This document shows positions 1-13,300 of a DNA stretch of 64,000 nt, in pieces (position 1 is the first letter of the stretch; each line of letters opens with the position of its first letter). Source of the DNA: Lingula anatina (taxonomy: Eukaryota > Animalia > Brachiopoda); contig CM120644.1 of NCBI GenBank assembly GCA_051362555.1, positions 5,712,954-5,776,953 on the forward strand. Direction: 5' to 3'. Both the position numbers and the translations under genes were made by a program. The notes below the pieces were generated by a model. It was not told the DNA's origin. It was given only the letters and a program-made list of their open reading frames with translations, and did not search any database.

Positions 1-889
1 ATTTGAGACCTCACCTTTTGGGGAGAACGGGACCAACGAAACGAGGAGAAGCTTTGTACCGTGTAGCATTGTGATAGACCTCCACTGAGATTTAAACAGT
101 CGAGCAGTTTAGAAAGGTATGTTTGAATGTCAAGCCAACGACTCGTACGAGTGCATTACGATGGCCAGCGTCAATATATACGATTACTGTCAGTGTCGAC
201 CCTTCTCTCACCTATTAATTGTCTATATGTATTCCTACGTGAAAGCCTGCCGCTGCCCACCTTTCCTCAGTTTTCGGCCTTACATGTACCTTGCACGGAA
301 GGCCGAAACCCGCGAGTAAATACACCCCTGTTATTTATTACATAACCTATATTTTATTGTATTGGAATTACATATTTGGTAAACGGATATTTTCGGGGCA
401 AAAGAAAATGAAAAAAATTAACAGGTGTCCGTCTCACTGTTGAGGCCTGGGGCAGTGCGACTACACCTTGAAAATATATGGCAGATAACCAGCTAGTGAG
501 CCTGCTAGTTCATGCAAAGTTGATATGTTATACAGTTTACCCGTATGTCACAGCTAGGTGTCAAATATAGGCCTAAAGGCACGGGCTCCGTGTTCATTGT
601 CACGGTGAATACGTATATATGTACTGAGTGAAACAGAATGTATGTTTGTGTCCCGAAATTTTCGGGCGTGACCCTCACATCGGTGTCCTTTTTACGCGCT
701 GGCCCGAGACGCTATAGTGGGCCAATTTGCCTGCTGGTGAGTGTCACGGCACGGACAATCCCTAAACCCAGTGTCCGTGTATTGGGGTGTAGATTCTATA
801 GGTATTTCTATACAGATATGCAGTATGATAGTAAACTAGACCAAGGTGTATTTTGTCGTCGTATTCGTAACTGCTTAAGTCAACATTGT

Positions 890-1058
890 CAGGCCCGTAG
901 CCAGGGGGGGTTCGGGGGGGTTCGAAAGAACCACCCTTTTTGCTGGGAAAAGGTCCACTCTGGGTAAAATTTGATCTAGATACATGAAGTTTTTATGGGA
1001 AAAGGTCCACTTTTTCAGAAAAAGAACCCCCCTTTTGAAATTGGTGGCTACAGGCCTG
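890..1058. mobile_element. MITE with TIR CAGGCCCGTAGCCA...TGGCTACAGGCCTG and 5-bp TSD (ATTGT)
   Basis: Terminal inverted repeats; ATTGT directly repeated on both sides; related copy at 2071-2278. Confidence 0.75.
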
Positions 1059-1220
1059 ATTGTCTATGTTGTCTCTAACATACATCTGAAGACAAGGAGG
1101 CCTGGTATCTGTAGCTTTTATCTTTGTTTGTATTTACTCACCGGATTACAGTGCGTACAGACCCGTGTATGTTCAGAAAAATATACAACGTATGTACATT
1201 GCATCAAGCCAAGCATTCTC

Positions 1221-1223
<3 letters not shown>

Positions 1224-1258
<35 letters not shown>
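1224..1258. repeat. (CT)n microsatellite
   Basis: Perfect CT dinucleotide run. Confidence 0.95.
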
Positions 1259-1262
<4 letters not shown>

Positions 1263-2070
1263 CGTGTGTACGTGAGTGTTTACATTTATGTGGTTGCGTA
1301 TTTACTGTGCTTGTTACACTATTTTACTGCCTCAATCTAGGCTACGAATTTCCGAGGTGATAATGACACAGATACGGAACAGTAGTAATTCATGGAGAGA
1401 CGTTTAATGGCATGATATGTGTTTGCATCCGTATCAGTTTCAGCAATATGCATGTACCCGCCTTATACTACATCGTACTGGTAGTTTTAAAACGATATAG
1501 AATATTGGCAATATTATTGTATATAGTGTCGTTCCATAGCTGTGGTGTCAGCAGTCATGTCTTTTTCAGTCCCCATTGCTGTTTAATGCATATGATACAG
1601 GTGCGTACAATGTACGTATAGTCAATATTTTTAAAAGCGAGAGTCTTTTTTTCTGAAACAGTTGACTTTTACCCCTCTTAGTCCTTGAGAACTAGCTCAA
1701 ATTTTCATTCTGATTCGATGTTAGACTTTTCTGGTTAAAAGGGAAGTTTGTTAAACACTCCCCCTCACCCCTCACCCTCCGAATCAACTGCCGACGGACC
1801 TGTGAACGACCACCCTTTGGTCACCAGTATGCTTTCACCCCTGTTAGAAAATTCAGGTATGCATAAAAATGTTTAAGGAAAAGCCCTTCCCACTTCCGAA
1901 TGCGCCAACTAAGTTGCATCCTTCTAGTAAGAAGCATTCCTTCGTCTAGTTACATATATCACGCCAGGCGATTTTTCCTGCACACAGTGATTAGTAGCGA
2001 CAATATCTTCTTTGAAGGGTTCATATCTTGAAATGTCTCAAAGTACATGGGCAGGCAATGAGTACAGTGT

Positions 2071-2278
2071 CAGACCCGCACCCAGCAATTTCAAAGGGGG
2101 GGGGGTCTTTTTTTCTGAAAAAGTGAATCTTTAACCATGAAACATTCATGTACCAAGATAAAATTTAACCCAAAGGCATGGACAAAATTACGAAATTATG
2201 TCCAAGCCAGAGGGGACCTTTTCCCGGCAAAAAGGCAGTTCTTTCGAACCCCTTGAAACCCCCCTGGCTACAGGCCTG
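2071..2278. mobile_element. Second copy of the 890-1058 MITE family, opposite orientation, 5-bp TSD (AGTGT)
   Basis: Shared end TGGCTACAGGCCTG, internal reverse-complement similarity, AGTGT on both flanks. Confidence 0.7.
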
Positions 2279-2408
2279 AGTGTATTTAGCATCAAACTAA
2301 CGCAATAGCATGCCAGTTTTATTAAAAGTCAAGACTCGTACTGTTGAATGCAGTGGTCTTCTCATTCTTCGACACTCTTAACAAGGTGATGTGACGTAAT
2401 GCCATTGG

Positions 2409-2560
2409 TCATCGCCATCTCTCGACCACAGGGATGGGAGGGTTAAACATGGCGTCTCTCCAAACTGTATGATCCTGTTTTACCTCGCCTAGATCACTGA
2501 GGTCAATTCCTGTGTCTCTGGCTAGATTATCTAAATGTATGTAGGTAATGTCACCAATAT
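2409..2560 (-). mobile_element. Degraded 3' end of a non-LTR retrotransposon ORF (RTE-like LINE)
   Basis: Translation TYIHLDNLARDTGIDLSDLGEVKQDHTVWR resembles the C-terminal 'Y...L..DTG....L.....DR..WR' pattern of RTE-clade LINE ORFs (recognised from memory, not searched). Confidence 0.45.
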
Positions 2561-3943
2561 TGTTCGCTGAACTTAGATGGCACCAAGGAATTTTGCACCA
2601 AGCAGCAATAACGCGTTTTGAGAATATGTACATAACCATGCCACAAATACCAGTTCACCGTGTAATAACCGTTTTCCCCACACAATTCTATAGCTGTTGC
2701 CCTTAACAATTTACCCTAAGACCCGTGCATATAACGAGTCCCAGCATACATTTGACTTACTGCGGTTATATCTTAACTTTTATAATATATGAACAGGTAA
2801 GGCAACTTTGATATGGATACTTAAACATGCTACCTTTCCCCTCGTTGTATTTAAAACGATTTTGACTTAACCTAAAATACATTTTAAAACATCTTGAAAA
2901 CGATGCCGTTTTCGTGAATGCTGCGCAGGTATGGTATTTAAAGAAAAATATAAGGTCTTGGATAAATATATGTGCCTCTATCAAAAGTGTATTCAAGGAG
3001 TGAAAGATGAAATAAATATTATTTTTTATGGGTGAAAAGTACATGTTAATTTTGTGAAAAGTACATGTTAATTTGATTTTTTTCTGCCAAAATTAAGTAC
3101 ATTTGCTTGTTGAACACGCATCTTTTTTGTAAGTATTTAGCATAAAAGTTAAATTTAAATGAGTGTTACAAATCTATTCTACCTGTCATTTAAGATCATT
3201 TAAACTGCACGTGTGGTTAGATATGTATCCATCAAAACCTCCTTAATATTTTAAGCGCAATGCATTACATCGATCTTGTATCTAAACAACAGGCTTAAAA
3301 AGGTAATTAACGAACTCAAGCAGCAAAGAAATTAAATTTAAAAAACGTACACGACAAAATAGAAATTATAAGAGAGAGCCTAAAAGGAATACTTTAGCAC
3401 TGTGACTCGTGATACAAGATTTGAGAACATGTGAGAGTACGCGTGAGGTGGGGTTAAACTTTTAGGGATAAGAGAGAAACTTTGTGCGCCCTTGTCGTCT
3501 TTGAAAACAGTGCAAAAGAGACACCCAAAACCTGGTGAATTCTGACTTTGTGCCCGAGACTGTAATTTGACAGAACTTAAGAGAAAACAACCAGAGAAAG
3601 ATCCGCTTATAAATTATTTCGGCTTTTTGTCGTTGTTCTTCTTTACCATTATTTCTACCATTATTTCTGGCCCACCCCAAATTCCACAAAATCTCGCTTA
3701 TCTGACGACTCCATTACATCATGCTATAAGGTACAGAATGTAGACACGTACACTAAGTAAATATCATACTGAGGCAGACCACTGATTATTTGATCTGACA
3801 AAGAGTAAACATCCCAAACCCTATAACTGTTTACCTGAGATAGGGGAACGTGTATTTGTATATGACATGTTATATCAATCAGCCAAGTTTCAAGCCCGGC
3901 GCACACTGTCAATGTGAAGCTAAGCTATCGACCACCCAGAGTC

Positions 3944-4025
3944 AGTAGCTCGTCTCGTTGCTCGCTTGTGTGCTTAAAATACCGGCGATCACTTCAGAAG
4001 AAACCGAATTAAACGTGACCCTTAG
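3944..4025 (+). other. Possible non-coding first exon of the SLC28 gene
   Basis: TCAGT initiator-like motif near 3943 and a strong AG|GTAAG donor at 4025/4026; the first coding exon begins with an acceptor at 10291/10292, so an upstream exon is needed. Confidence 0.3.
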
Positions 4026-5426
4026 GTAAGCAAACAGGGTGAAAGATTACCCAAATCCCGCAAATCTGTCAACTAATCTCCTGAATGTGTTTTTTTCTTT
4101 TTTTTTTTAAATTTATTTTTCAAAAATATTGAATGATAGCATATCAATTACGTGAACCAGTGTGTGGACTTCCAGATATGTAACGTTACGTGGCGAAATT
4201 GTCACACTTACTGTTCTCTGGAGAATAAAGAATGCTTGCTTTCTTGAGAGAAGATACTAAAAAAAATAAGATGCATGACTCTTTTTGTTTTATGCGGTTA
4301 AGGGAAGATGTAAAAACAAATTATGTGCCTTTTTAAAGAGTAAAACAAAAGATTGCATTATATATACGATGGTTTGTGGCTTACTTTAATGCTTTCTAGA
4401 AGCAAGAGACAGAAAAGTAAACGCGGAAATAATTAATTAAAATGGGAAATTGAGCCCGTCCTATTTCGTGACTCAGATAACTTTGACAAAAGTGGCTGCA
4501 TAAGGACATATGCCCTCTTCTTCTGTATATACAGCCTTAATCAAGCTCATCTTTTCGACTCTTCACACCCATATGCCAAATTTGAACCAAGGGGATATGT
4601 TTACGATACATTTCCATGTTTGAACTATGTGGTATAATACAGCAATGCAGGCTGTATCGGTTCTCTTTGAAACATAATTTGGCTTTTGCTAAAAAGAATA
4701 ATCCAAATGGAGGCTCCGTGTTCTTCTTGCAAATAACTAAACCTGACAGCTGATGTGACCTAGCTTGTGAAGGGAATAAAGCTTCCCGTTTACACGTTAT
4801 GGCCTCCTAAAGTATACCAGTAAAAAATGTGTATCTCATGACTGTGAGATTTCGGGAAATAGTATATGTGGGACTCTAGAAAACGTGTTACAGTTTTTTA
4901 CACAACATTGCCAATTTAACAAGTTTCGTGTGCCGTTTTTTGTACTGCTTTCTAAGACATTTCGCTGGCGCACAAAGTTTCAATCCAGATAGTCTGTTGT
5001 TACACATCTTGTTGACCGCGCACCGAATTGTGAACACGCAGAAACTTATCTGTAAGGCTGACAACATCTAGCAGGACCATAGATTAAGTAATGTGCACTT
5101 TTCTCCTGTTCGAGATTTGTGTCATTTATTAGCCAAAGAAGTGAATATGTGAATATCTAGTGAAAAAATCAATCTGTCATCCTGGTAGAAGGTATAAATT
5201 TGACAAACATTTTGAGCTGCAGATCCAGCCAGATATGATCCAAATAACACAATGTAAACGCTCCAATTCATTTCAGACTTCTGAATAACAGTTTTACTTG
5301 CATGTTCCTTCCCCATAAATAATATAAGAAGTCCAGTTAGATAACCAAATTGGTTTATAGGGCTATCTGTGCGTATACTAACGGCGACAGTGCATGACAA
5401 TTCTGAATAAATCTATTTTTACATAG

Positions 5427-6261
5427 TACAGGCCTTCCCAACTACCAGACTCGGCACCTACGGGTCCAGTATAAACCGGTTTATCTGACCACACTACCCG
5501 TTTTCAAGGTGTGTGTCAGATCGCATAAAAGAGTATCAGCCACCACACCGATTTTACCTGGTGCGCGATGTGATGGCGATGATCCTAGTAATATATAGAC
5601 CCCGAGTCAGCGAGGGTTATGTGGCATGCACGAGTGCGAAGCACGAGTGGATGTCACATAACCCTCGCTGACGAAGGATCTATCTTATTTAGACCACGGG
5701 TCCATTAGCGGGTTATAACGCATTCATGCAAGACGTGCGGTTATGCGAGTTACACCACGTCTGAATCTTTTGTTCTTCACTTCCACCGTGGTCTAAAGCG
5801 GGGTTGGAAAGTAGTGCATCTCATCTACATTCATGCGCTGCTGCAATTTTCCCTGTTTATGCTAAAAATCTGACAATACCGCAATTTTTAACATAAAATT
5901 TAGGTTCGAACATAGCCAATGATCTGTCGGGGGTTAAATATTTTCTGGACGAGATTCAGTGAGTCGTCTGTCGCCATGTTGTCACTCGGAACTACACCAA
6001 TGTCTCCGCACTCGACAATAGTATGGAGCTTGCGGAATGAGCCGAGGATTGCCGATTTCCATGTTGTTGTATTCATACGACTCCTACTTGACGAAAACGA
6101 GGCGCGATACCCGGATGACAGGTAGGCTTACAAAATTTGTGATGGGGTATGATACTCTTTTATGCGATCTGACACACACCTTGAAAATGGGTAGTGTGGT
6201 CAGATAAACCGGTTTATACTGGACCCGTAGGTGCTGAGTCTGGTAGTTGGGAAGGCCTGTA
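5427..6261. mobile_element. Non-autonomous DNA transposon with about 110-bp near-perfect TIRs and an internal hairpin
   Basis: 5427-5538 is the reverse complement of about 6150-6261; internal palindrome at about 5595-5690. Confidence 0.85.
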
Positions 6262-7468
6262 GTAGCTGAAGAAACGGACAACCGTCCTCTCGTGCATCGT
6301 TAAAGTAAGAAAAATGTACTGTAAAATTAACTTCTGTGACAATGCAGAAAACTGTAGAACCGTATACTTGTTTTGTCAAAAGTTTGATAAATTGACTGAA
6401 GCTAGTGTTTACCGGCCAATGTTCAGTCTGCTTAGAGCCGGACTTCATCAGGAAATTAAATAGTTGTGACAACCTATCCACCCTATAAACTGATGTAAAA
6501 TTCACTACTAAGTTTCAGTTTATTTCCCAAGTAATTGACAATATATCTTTTCAACGTTGTAAACTGGACCACGAATACTGAAAACAATTCAACTGATCGA
6601 CTTGACGTTAGCATGACAAACAGTGCAGTATTTTCCTAATATCACGGTCTTATCTTGACTAGTGATAACCACGTTTCTCTCTCTTCCTCTCTTTCTCTCT
6701 CTCTCTCTCTCAAGTGTTATGGAATCATACAACCTATGCCATGACAGTGCATACTAAAATTACTCCGTTATAATCTCACAGCAATCTTGAATGCATGACA
6801 CGTCGATCGAGTAACACCACCCTGGTTTGTTAAAAAGTTAAGAATATTAAAATTAAAAAAAAAAAAACGACAACAGATTATTTGAGCGTGGGATTTTATT
6901 ATACCACAAAAATATTTATCCAGTTGCTGAACCTGAACACGATATATGCCTAGTATGTATATAAATTGATAATCAAACCAGATATGGAACAAAGTATCAA
7001 ACTTATTATTCCAGTCACGGTAATATCAAAATGCAGGGTTCTTTCGTATGATGATTGAAAGCACGCATTTCTTTTAATGTCTTCACTGTATATTTTCATC
7101 TAAGGGAATGTGTATAAGTCTATTTGACCTTATTCTCATACTATGTCTCAAATAACTCTTGTTAGTAGTTCGATTTTACTGTCTGTGTGTTTTTAACGAA
7201 AACGAGAGGCAAGACTTCATAAAATGAATAATAATATTTTTGATGTTTTAATGGGAATGACAACAACTTGACTTACAGCTATACTCCAGGGGGATAGAAC
7301 TAGGCCGTAAGCCGAGCCTATGTATCCTATTCGGGCCAAATCTAATTTTTTCCACGAAGAAAAAAATCATTGTTCGACCTGTTACTGCACTTGGATTCGA
7401 TGCTATGTGCCATTTCTAATCACACAACTTAGTTTGAAACGAATTATAATACATCCAGACAGCTACGC

Positions 7469-9085
7469 TACCCTCTACCAGGGTGACTGATAGATTTTTA
7501 CAGAAATTCACAGATATGTCTCTAGCTAGATATATGGTAATTTCAGGCTGAAGTCACCCTGCTGCGAAATCTCAAGGCTGATTACATGCCTGGTAATTGC
7601 ATAACTGCTCAGGCACTGCCACTTAGGGCCCCTTTACACTGGACGGCGTCCTTTCTGCGTCCCTTCTGCGTTCAAAAATGTGGTCAGGATGCTCAACGGT
7701 CGCCAAAGCAATTAAATCGTGTCTCAGTGTAAAGGCGTCTGCGTCCCTTGTGCGTCCTTTGAACGACCGTATCTTGATTTTACCTGTAAAACTGCGAGCA
7801 ACCTGCCTGCCTCCACTGTACGTCCCCTGTGCAACCCAAGGCGTCCATTGCGATGTTTGAGAGACCATTGAGCATTCTTGCTGCGTTCTCTGTACCTTCA
7901 TCGGCGATCATTCTGCATCCTGCTTGACCGATGAACGTCTTTTGGGCGTCCTTCTCTAAATTCTAACTCATCTTTTCATCAGTTCTAACCAGGTCATCCA
8001 ATAAAGAACATTTCCAGCACACAAAACAAATAAATGGGAATAAACGTTTTAAACTATAGTGATGCAAGGTCTGCATGGACTGATAATCAGCCAGATGCTC
8101 ATTGTTATCCTTATGAGAAGGATGGACAGCGACCGAAAACGAGAAAGTATGACTGACACAACATAGAATGTTTAATCCGTTTTCAAATGAAGCATTCTGC
8201 AAAAAGTTCTGACAATTAATCTTGTAAAAAAGGCAAAATATTCGTTTAATAATAACTTCAAAAAAATGGATCGTTTCATGAATTTTAGGGGAAAAAAACA
8301 ATCGGAGGCTGATATGAGACCACTGTTACCCTTAGAATTCCTGTCTGGTGAAAAATACCTCAGCACGGCCCCGTTTGAGAGTGAAAAAAAAATAACGTTC
8401 TACGTGTCGAACACTGGACGATCTTTGAGTTTTCATTCTGCAACCAAAGCGATGCTTGTGCCTCCTTTCTACGACCGCGGCGATGCTTGTGCGTCCTCTC
8501 TGCGACCGCGGCGATGCTTGTGCGTTCTCTCTCCGACTACTTCGATGCCTGTGCGTCCTTTCTGCGTCCATTGAGCGACCATCCTACATCGCGTTCTCTC
8601 TGCGATTGTTTTGAACATGCTCAAAACTTCGCGGCGTCCATGGCGTCCTCGGCGATGCTTGAACGTTCTTTGTGCGACCTTGGCGATCACTGTGCGTTCT
8701 TTGAGCGTCCGACGGCGTCCTGGCCAGTTTCATGGTCGCACAAAGGACGCAGAAAGGACGCCGTCCAGTGTAAAGGGGGTTTTAGCAGGTCCAGTCTAAG
8801 TCTGCGTGACAGCAATCAAGACAGTTAATTGCTCCGACTCTAATCACTTGCTCTCCTGTGACAGATAAAAAGCCTTAGACTGGTTGCGAAACGAGCAGTT
8901 ATCACATCGTTGTGAAGCTCAGCTCATGCAGAGCAAGTACAAAGCCTTTGGCGCGCGCGCAGAGATAATTCTTTCCACATGGGATTTCTCAACAGGCTGA
9001 CTTCAGCCCAAAATGACCATCTATCTCGCTAGAGACATATCTGTGAATATCTGTAAAAATCTATCAGTCACCCTGGTAGAGGGTA
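7469..9085. mobile_element. Mutator-like non-autonomous element (TIR TACCCTCTACCAGGG..., 9-bp TSD)
   Basis: Long TIRs; flanks CAGCTACGC / CCGCTACGC (8/9 match); same TIR family as 32006-34471. Confidence 0.8.
7626..8781. mobile_element. PIF/Harbinger-like MITE nested in the Mutator-like element (TTA TSD)
   Basis: TIR CCCCTTTACACTGGACGGCGTCCTTTCTGCG; TTA on both sides; the related element at about 34300-34330 shows the empty site. Confidence 0.8.
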
Positions 9086-9958
9086 CCGCTACGCTATGTA
9101 TTTTTAATACAAAGATTTTGTCCTTTATTTGGGCTGGGTTAGGAAAGATGAATAGTTTTGCGTGGGATTTAGGCACAAAATGACTTTGGACCATTTTCAA
9201 ATACAAAAGGTACACCTTTAATCTGATGTCTCGAATCAAGATCACTGTTTTTAAATCTAGGAATGAGTGGAGATAGACATCCGCTTATATACAACAAAGG
9301 CGGACAAGATGACGGCTTGTACGGTGCCACATCCGAGGTAACATTTGGGTGTAAAGATGAGATTTTAAGAGTTCATTCTCTGGTCACAGACATGTAGCTA
9401 GCCATTTCTTACATGGAGGGTTTATCCTTTCGCCAAACTTTCGTGACTTCATACAGTGCTTAAATCAAATTTTTGACTCAGAACGGAAACATTCTTACCA
9501 AAAGGCCGTTTGTTTGGTATCCACTGAACCATCATACATACAGGCTTCTGTTAGGCTGCAGTCGCAATCAAGTTAATCCGCGGACTAACTAGTCCGTGGA
9601 TCAAATATGGCACGCGCTTGACAATGGATTCCCACCTCCCACACCCTTCCCTATCAGGGATAGGACAATTAAGTTTCAACACTTCATTGTGGGTCGCGCC
9701 ATATTTGATCTGCAGACTTATTGGTGGTGGTGGTGGTGACGGCGGTGGTGGTGGCGCTGCCTTTGTTCAAAACCCATTGAATAACTTCATCGTTAAAATG
9801 GATTGTATTCATTATTATGAATGAACGTTGATCGGATGTGGGGGCGAATCCAAGAAAAATTAATAGCGTCTATGGAAGACAATTACCAATCGTGTTTCTT
9901 GCATGTGTTTTTGTTTAAGTGATGCTGATCGTTTAGTTGGCATGCTAGCGCATGTTAC

Positions 9959-9990
<32 letters not shown>

Positions 9991-10309
9991 CCTTTTTTAT
10001 CCTTTGACCCGAATATCACTTTTCCGAATTAATGCATGTCGTTTTGGATGCATTATGGAATCATTTTAATTTCATGCTGTCTGTAATTCAACCTACCAGT
10101 TATCAATAACATTATACCGATGATGGAAACGGAGTAGTTTGAACCGATTGCAGATATGAAATCCGTGAAATGAAACCTGTAATTGATGTATCTTCTTTAT
10201 TACATTCAACATGTAACAGTGCGTCAGTAGCTCGGGAAACTTGAAAGATTTATGTAATGTAAACAAGGTCTCACAAATACTTTCGTTTCAGAGAGATACT
10301 CTGGACACA

Positions 10310-13300
10310 ATGTCTACGGAGAGTGTGGAATTAAAAGGCGTTAAACACAGTGAGGACTATGAAAACCCCGCTTTCGCTCACTCACAGGAAAGTATTGCCA
10401 AGTCAGATGTGGAAGCCGGGAATGGTCACACGATCAAAAATCACGCGTATGAAGATGTGGTGAGTAGATTAGGTGTTTTTGTTTCTTAAAAGAGCACATT
10501 GTTCATCCTACTTTTTTAATGAGAAATTTGGTCGTGCATTGATGATTTTCCGCTTTATTTCCAAAGCTAACTCCACAGTATTCGCTCACGTTGTATCCAA
10601 ACTCGTTTTTCTACTATTAATAAAACCTATAGCTAAACTAAGGGGACACCATATAAAACATCCGAAAAAAAATACATTTTTATCAGACACCTGAAAAAGT
10701 TGGACCAAATGGCGTCGATGCTGGAATGGTATCAACCCCTGTAGCGGGAGACGGAGACACGCCCCAGACAGACGGGGACAACGAATTCGAGGACCTGGAG
10801 GAGGAACCGCCCAACGGGTTTTACCGCGGAATAGCGGCCATACAGGAGTCCTTTCAAGCTGCTTACAGACAGAGTGGTCACATATTTTGGTAAGTTTGAC
10901 ATTTCATATGCAATAACCGAATGGCATGGACTTCCTGCAAGTGTGACACGACAGTTATTTCTAGGAGTTTAAGGACAGTGCGTGCAATACATGTTGTTAG
11001 TTTTTGTAGGCTTTTAAAGATATGAAATGGTTTTGAACAAATCTGTTAAAAGACAAACATAATGAAGTTATTCAGAACACAACTTTACGTGTTTTTATAA
11101 ATGCGTGACATATTTTGATATTTAAAAATATAATTTTATGTGTGTTTTGTGTACATGTATGTGCGTGCTTGCATATGTGCATGCACTCGTGCCTGCATGC
11201 CTTCGAGTATAAAAAAGAGAAAATAATTACACCGTGCAACTCTATTTTAGGTGGGTGGTCTATGCCCTACTCCTGCTAGGCTACCTCGTCTACTTCAGCT
11301 ACGCCATGTACTACCGTTTCGGTGACGAGGGGTCGATACGTCTTCTTGTTATCACCATAATAACTGTAGTGCTGGTGGCGCTAACCATCGTCATGTCTGT
11401 CCTCGGTAATAACGTGGACCAAGTGGGGGAGGCGCTGGCTAAATTCGGAGAAACCAGAGCGTGGAATGTGATTAAGATGTGAGTATTTACAGACAATACT
11501 TGGGTTTAAAAATTCTGACAGTTCATTTATTTTTACTTTTTGTAGGTCATTCGTTTAGCTTTGAAATTCAGGTCGATAGCCATGTACTTGTTGTATGTTT
11601 AAATTTATAAGGTTGACTTAGTTTAATATGAGTGGTCAGTCATTATAAACGGCGGCTATCTTCCTTTATGTCCTATTTGAATTCAACATCAGGTTTGCTA
11701 AAAAAAATAAAGTGTTTTTAAGAGGTGTATGTAAGAAGCTGAAGATGGTGAAAAATAACCAGTTTGGGATTTTTTAAAACACATTGAGTGTACCTTTAAC
11801 CAGGTAAAATTACGTTTATAAACACACAAAACTTAACATTCAATAAATTTCCTCCTACCTGATTACCACATCTACTTTTCTCCACAGTGTGTTGTGTGTG
11901 CTGTTGCTGGTGGCACTGGTTGTTTACATAGTGGTGGAGGTCGCCATACCGAACCCATACAACCTGGTCTCCATCACTGGGATGTTAGTCTACATTATCC
12001 TTCTCTTCGTCTTCTCATCCAACCCTGCAAGGGTAGGTTTTAGGACAATTAAAGAAAACACTCAGAGGAGTTTCAGCTTTTCAAAGAAGAAAACAACTTC
12101 TGGTAGTTTTAAAATACCGTTTGATAAACGTAGTCTTGTTTGTCAACATTTTAATACGTTTGGAATTCCTTGTTTCTTTTTACTGTGGAAGTTTTTAAAG
12201 ATTTTAAACATTGTGCACGGCGCACGGGTCATTATAGATGTATAGAAATTAAAGAAATAAATTATTATTATTATTATTATTATTATTCACAGGTGAAGTG
12301 GCAGCCAGTAATCTGGGGTATGGCACTACAGTTTATCTTCGCTCTCCTTATCCTAAGAACATCCTGGGGTTACCAGGCCTTCAAATGGCTAGGGGACAGA
12401 GTGACAGAGTTTCTGGCTCATTCAGACGCTGGTGCAGGATTTGTGTTTGGTTTTGACACCTACGAGCACCATTTCTTTGCATTCAAGGTGAGACTACAAC
12501 GCTTTTTACATTTTAAGTATCCCTAAATCACTTTGATCATTGATATCAATCCGTTTTTTAGTATTCATTAATAAGCAAAATATCGATTTTGTGTGTACAT
12601 TCGGTGGAGCAGGAAGAAATGCTTTAGTCTCAAAGGGAAAGTCTGGCATGCAATACCTTCTAGAATAACTTGAGAAGACATTTACTCATCTTCACTATTT
12701 GAACTCTATCCAATATTTACACAGAAATTTTTTTATTTCCCTGCAGGTTCTCCCTGTGGTGGTGTTCTTCAGTACAGCCATATCAGTGTTATATTATCTC
12801 GGAGTGATGCAGGTGGTGATCAGGAAGGTTGCCTGGGTGATGCAGGTTTCTATGGGAACAACCGCGGCTGAATCTCTGAATGCTGCAGGGAATATTTTCA
12901 TTGGCCAGGTATGTATTTTCAATGACACCACAGTTTCTACAGTATAAGGGTTTTACTTGCATAATGAATTAATTTAGAGTCATATAAACAATATGTGCAT
13001 ATGAATAGCATGTAATGGCCTAAAATGTAACAGGTGACTTTCATAATCGATACGTTTTATCCAACCGGGCCTGTCTAGATCTGATACAAGAAACAATGGT
13101 TCTGCCCTAAAATAAGATTTAATTGAAAACATTCTGGTGTGTATTAATTGGTTTTCAATTTTTTGTCTTGGTGAGGAGGCTTGGAATACTAGTAAATTCG
13201 GGATCTTAATGTAATATTATACCAGTATAAATCAGCTGCCCTGTCTCTGGTAACATTTCCCCCTGAATGAATCACGTGGTGTTCGCTTTCAGACCGAGGC

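Noticed and set aside
7623-8828. Cluster of short ORFs as a transposase
   Set aside because: No DDE or other recognisable motif; GC-rich subterminal repeats of a MITE.
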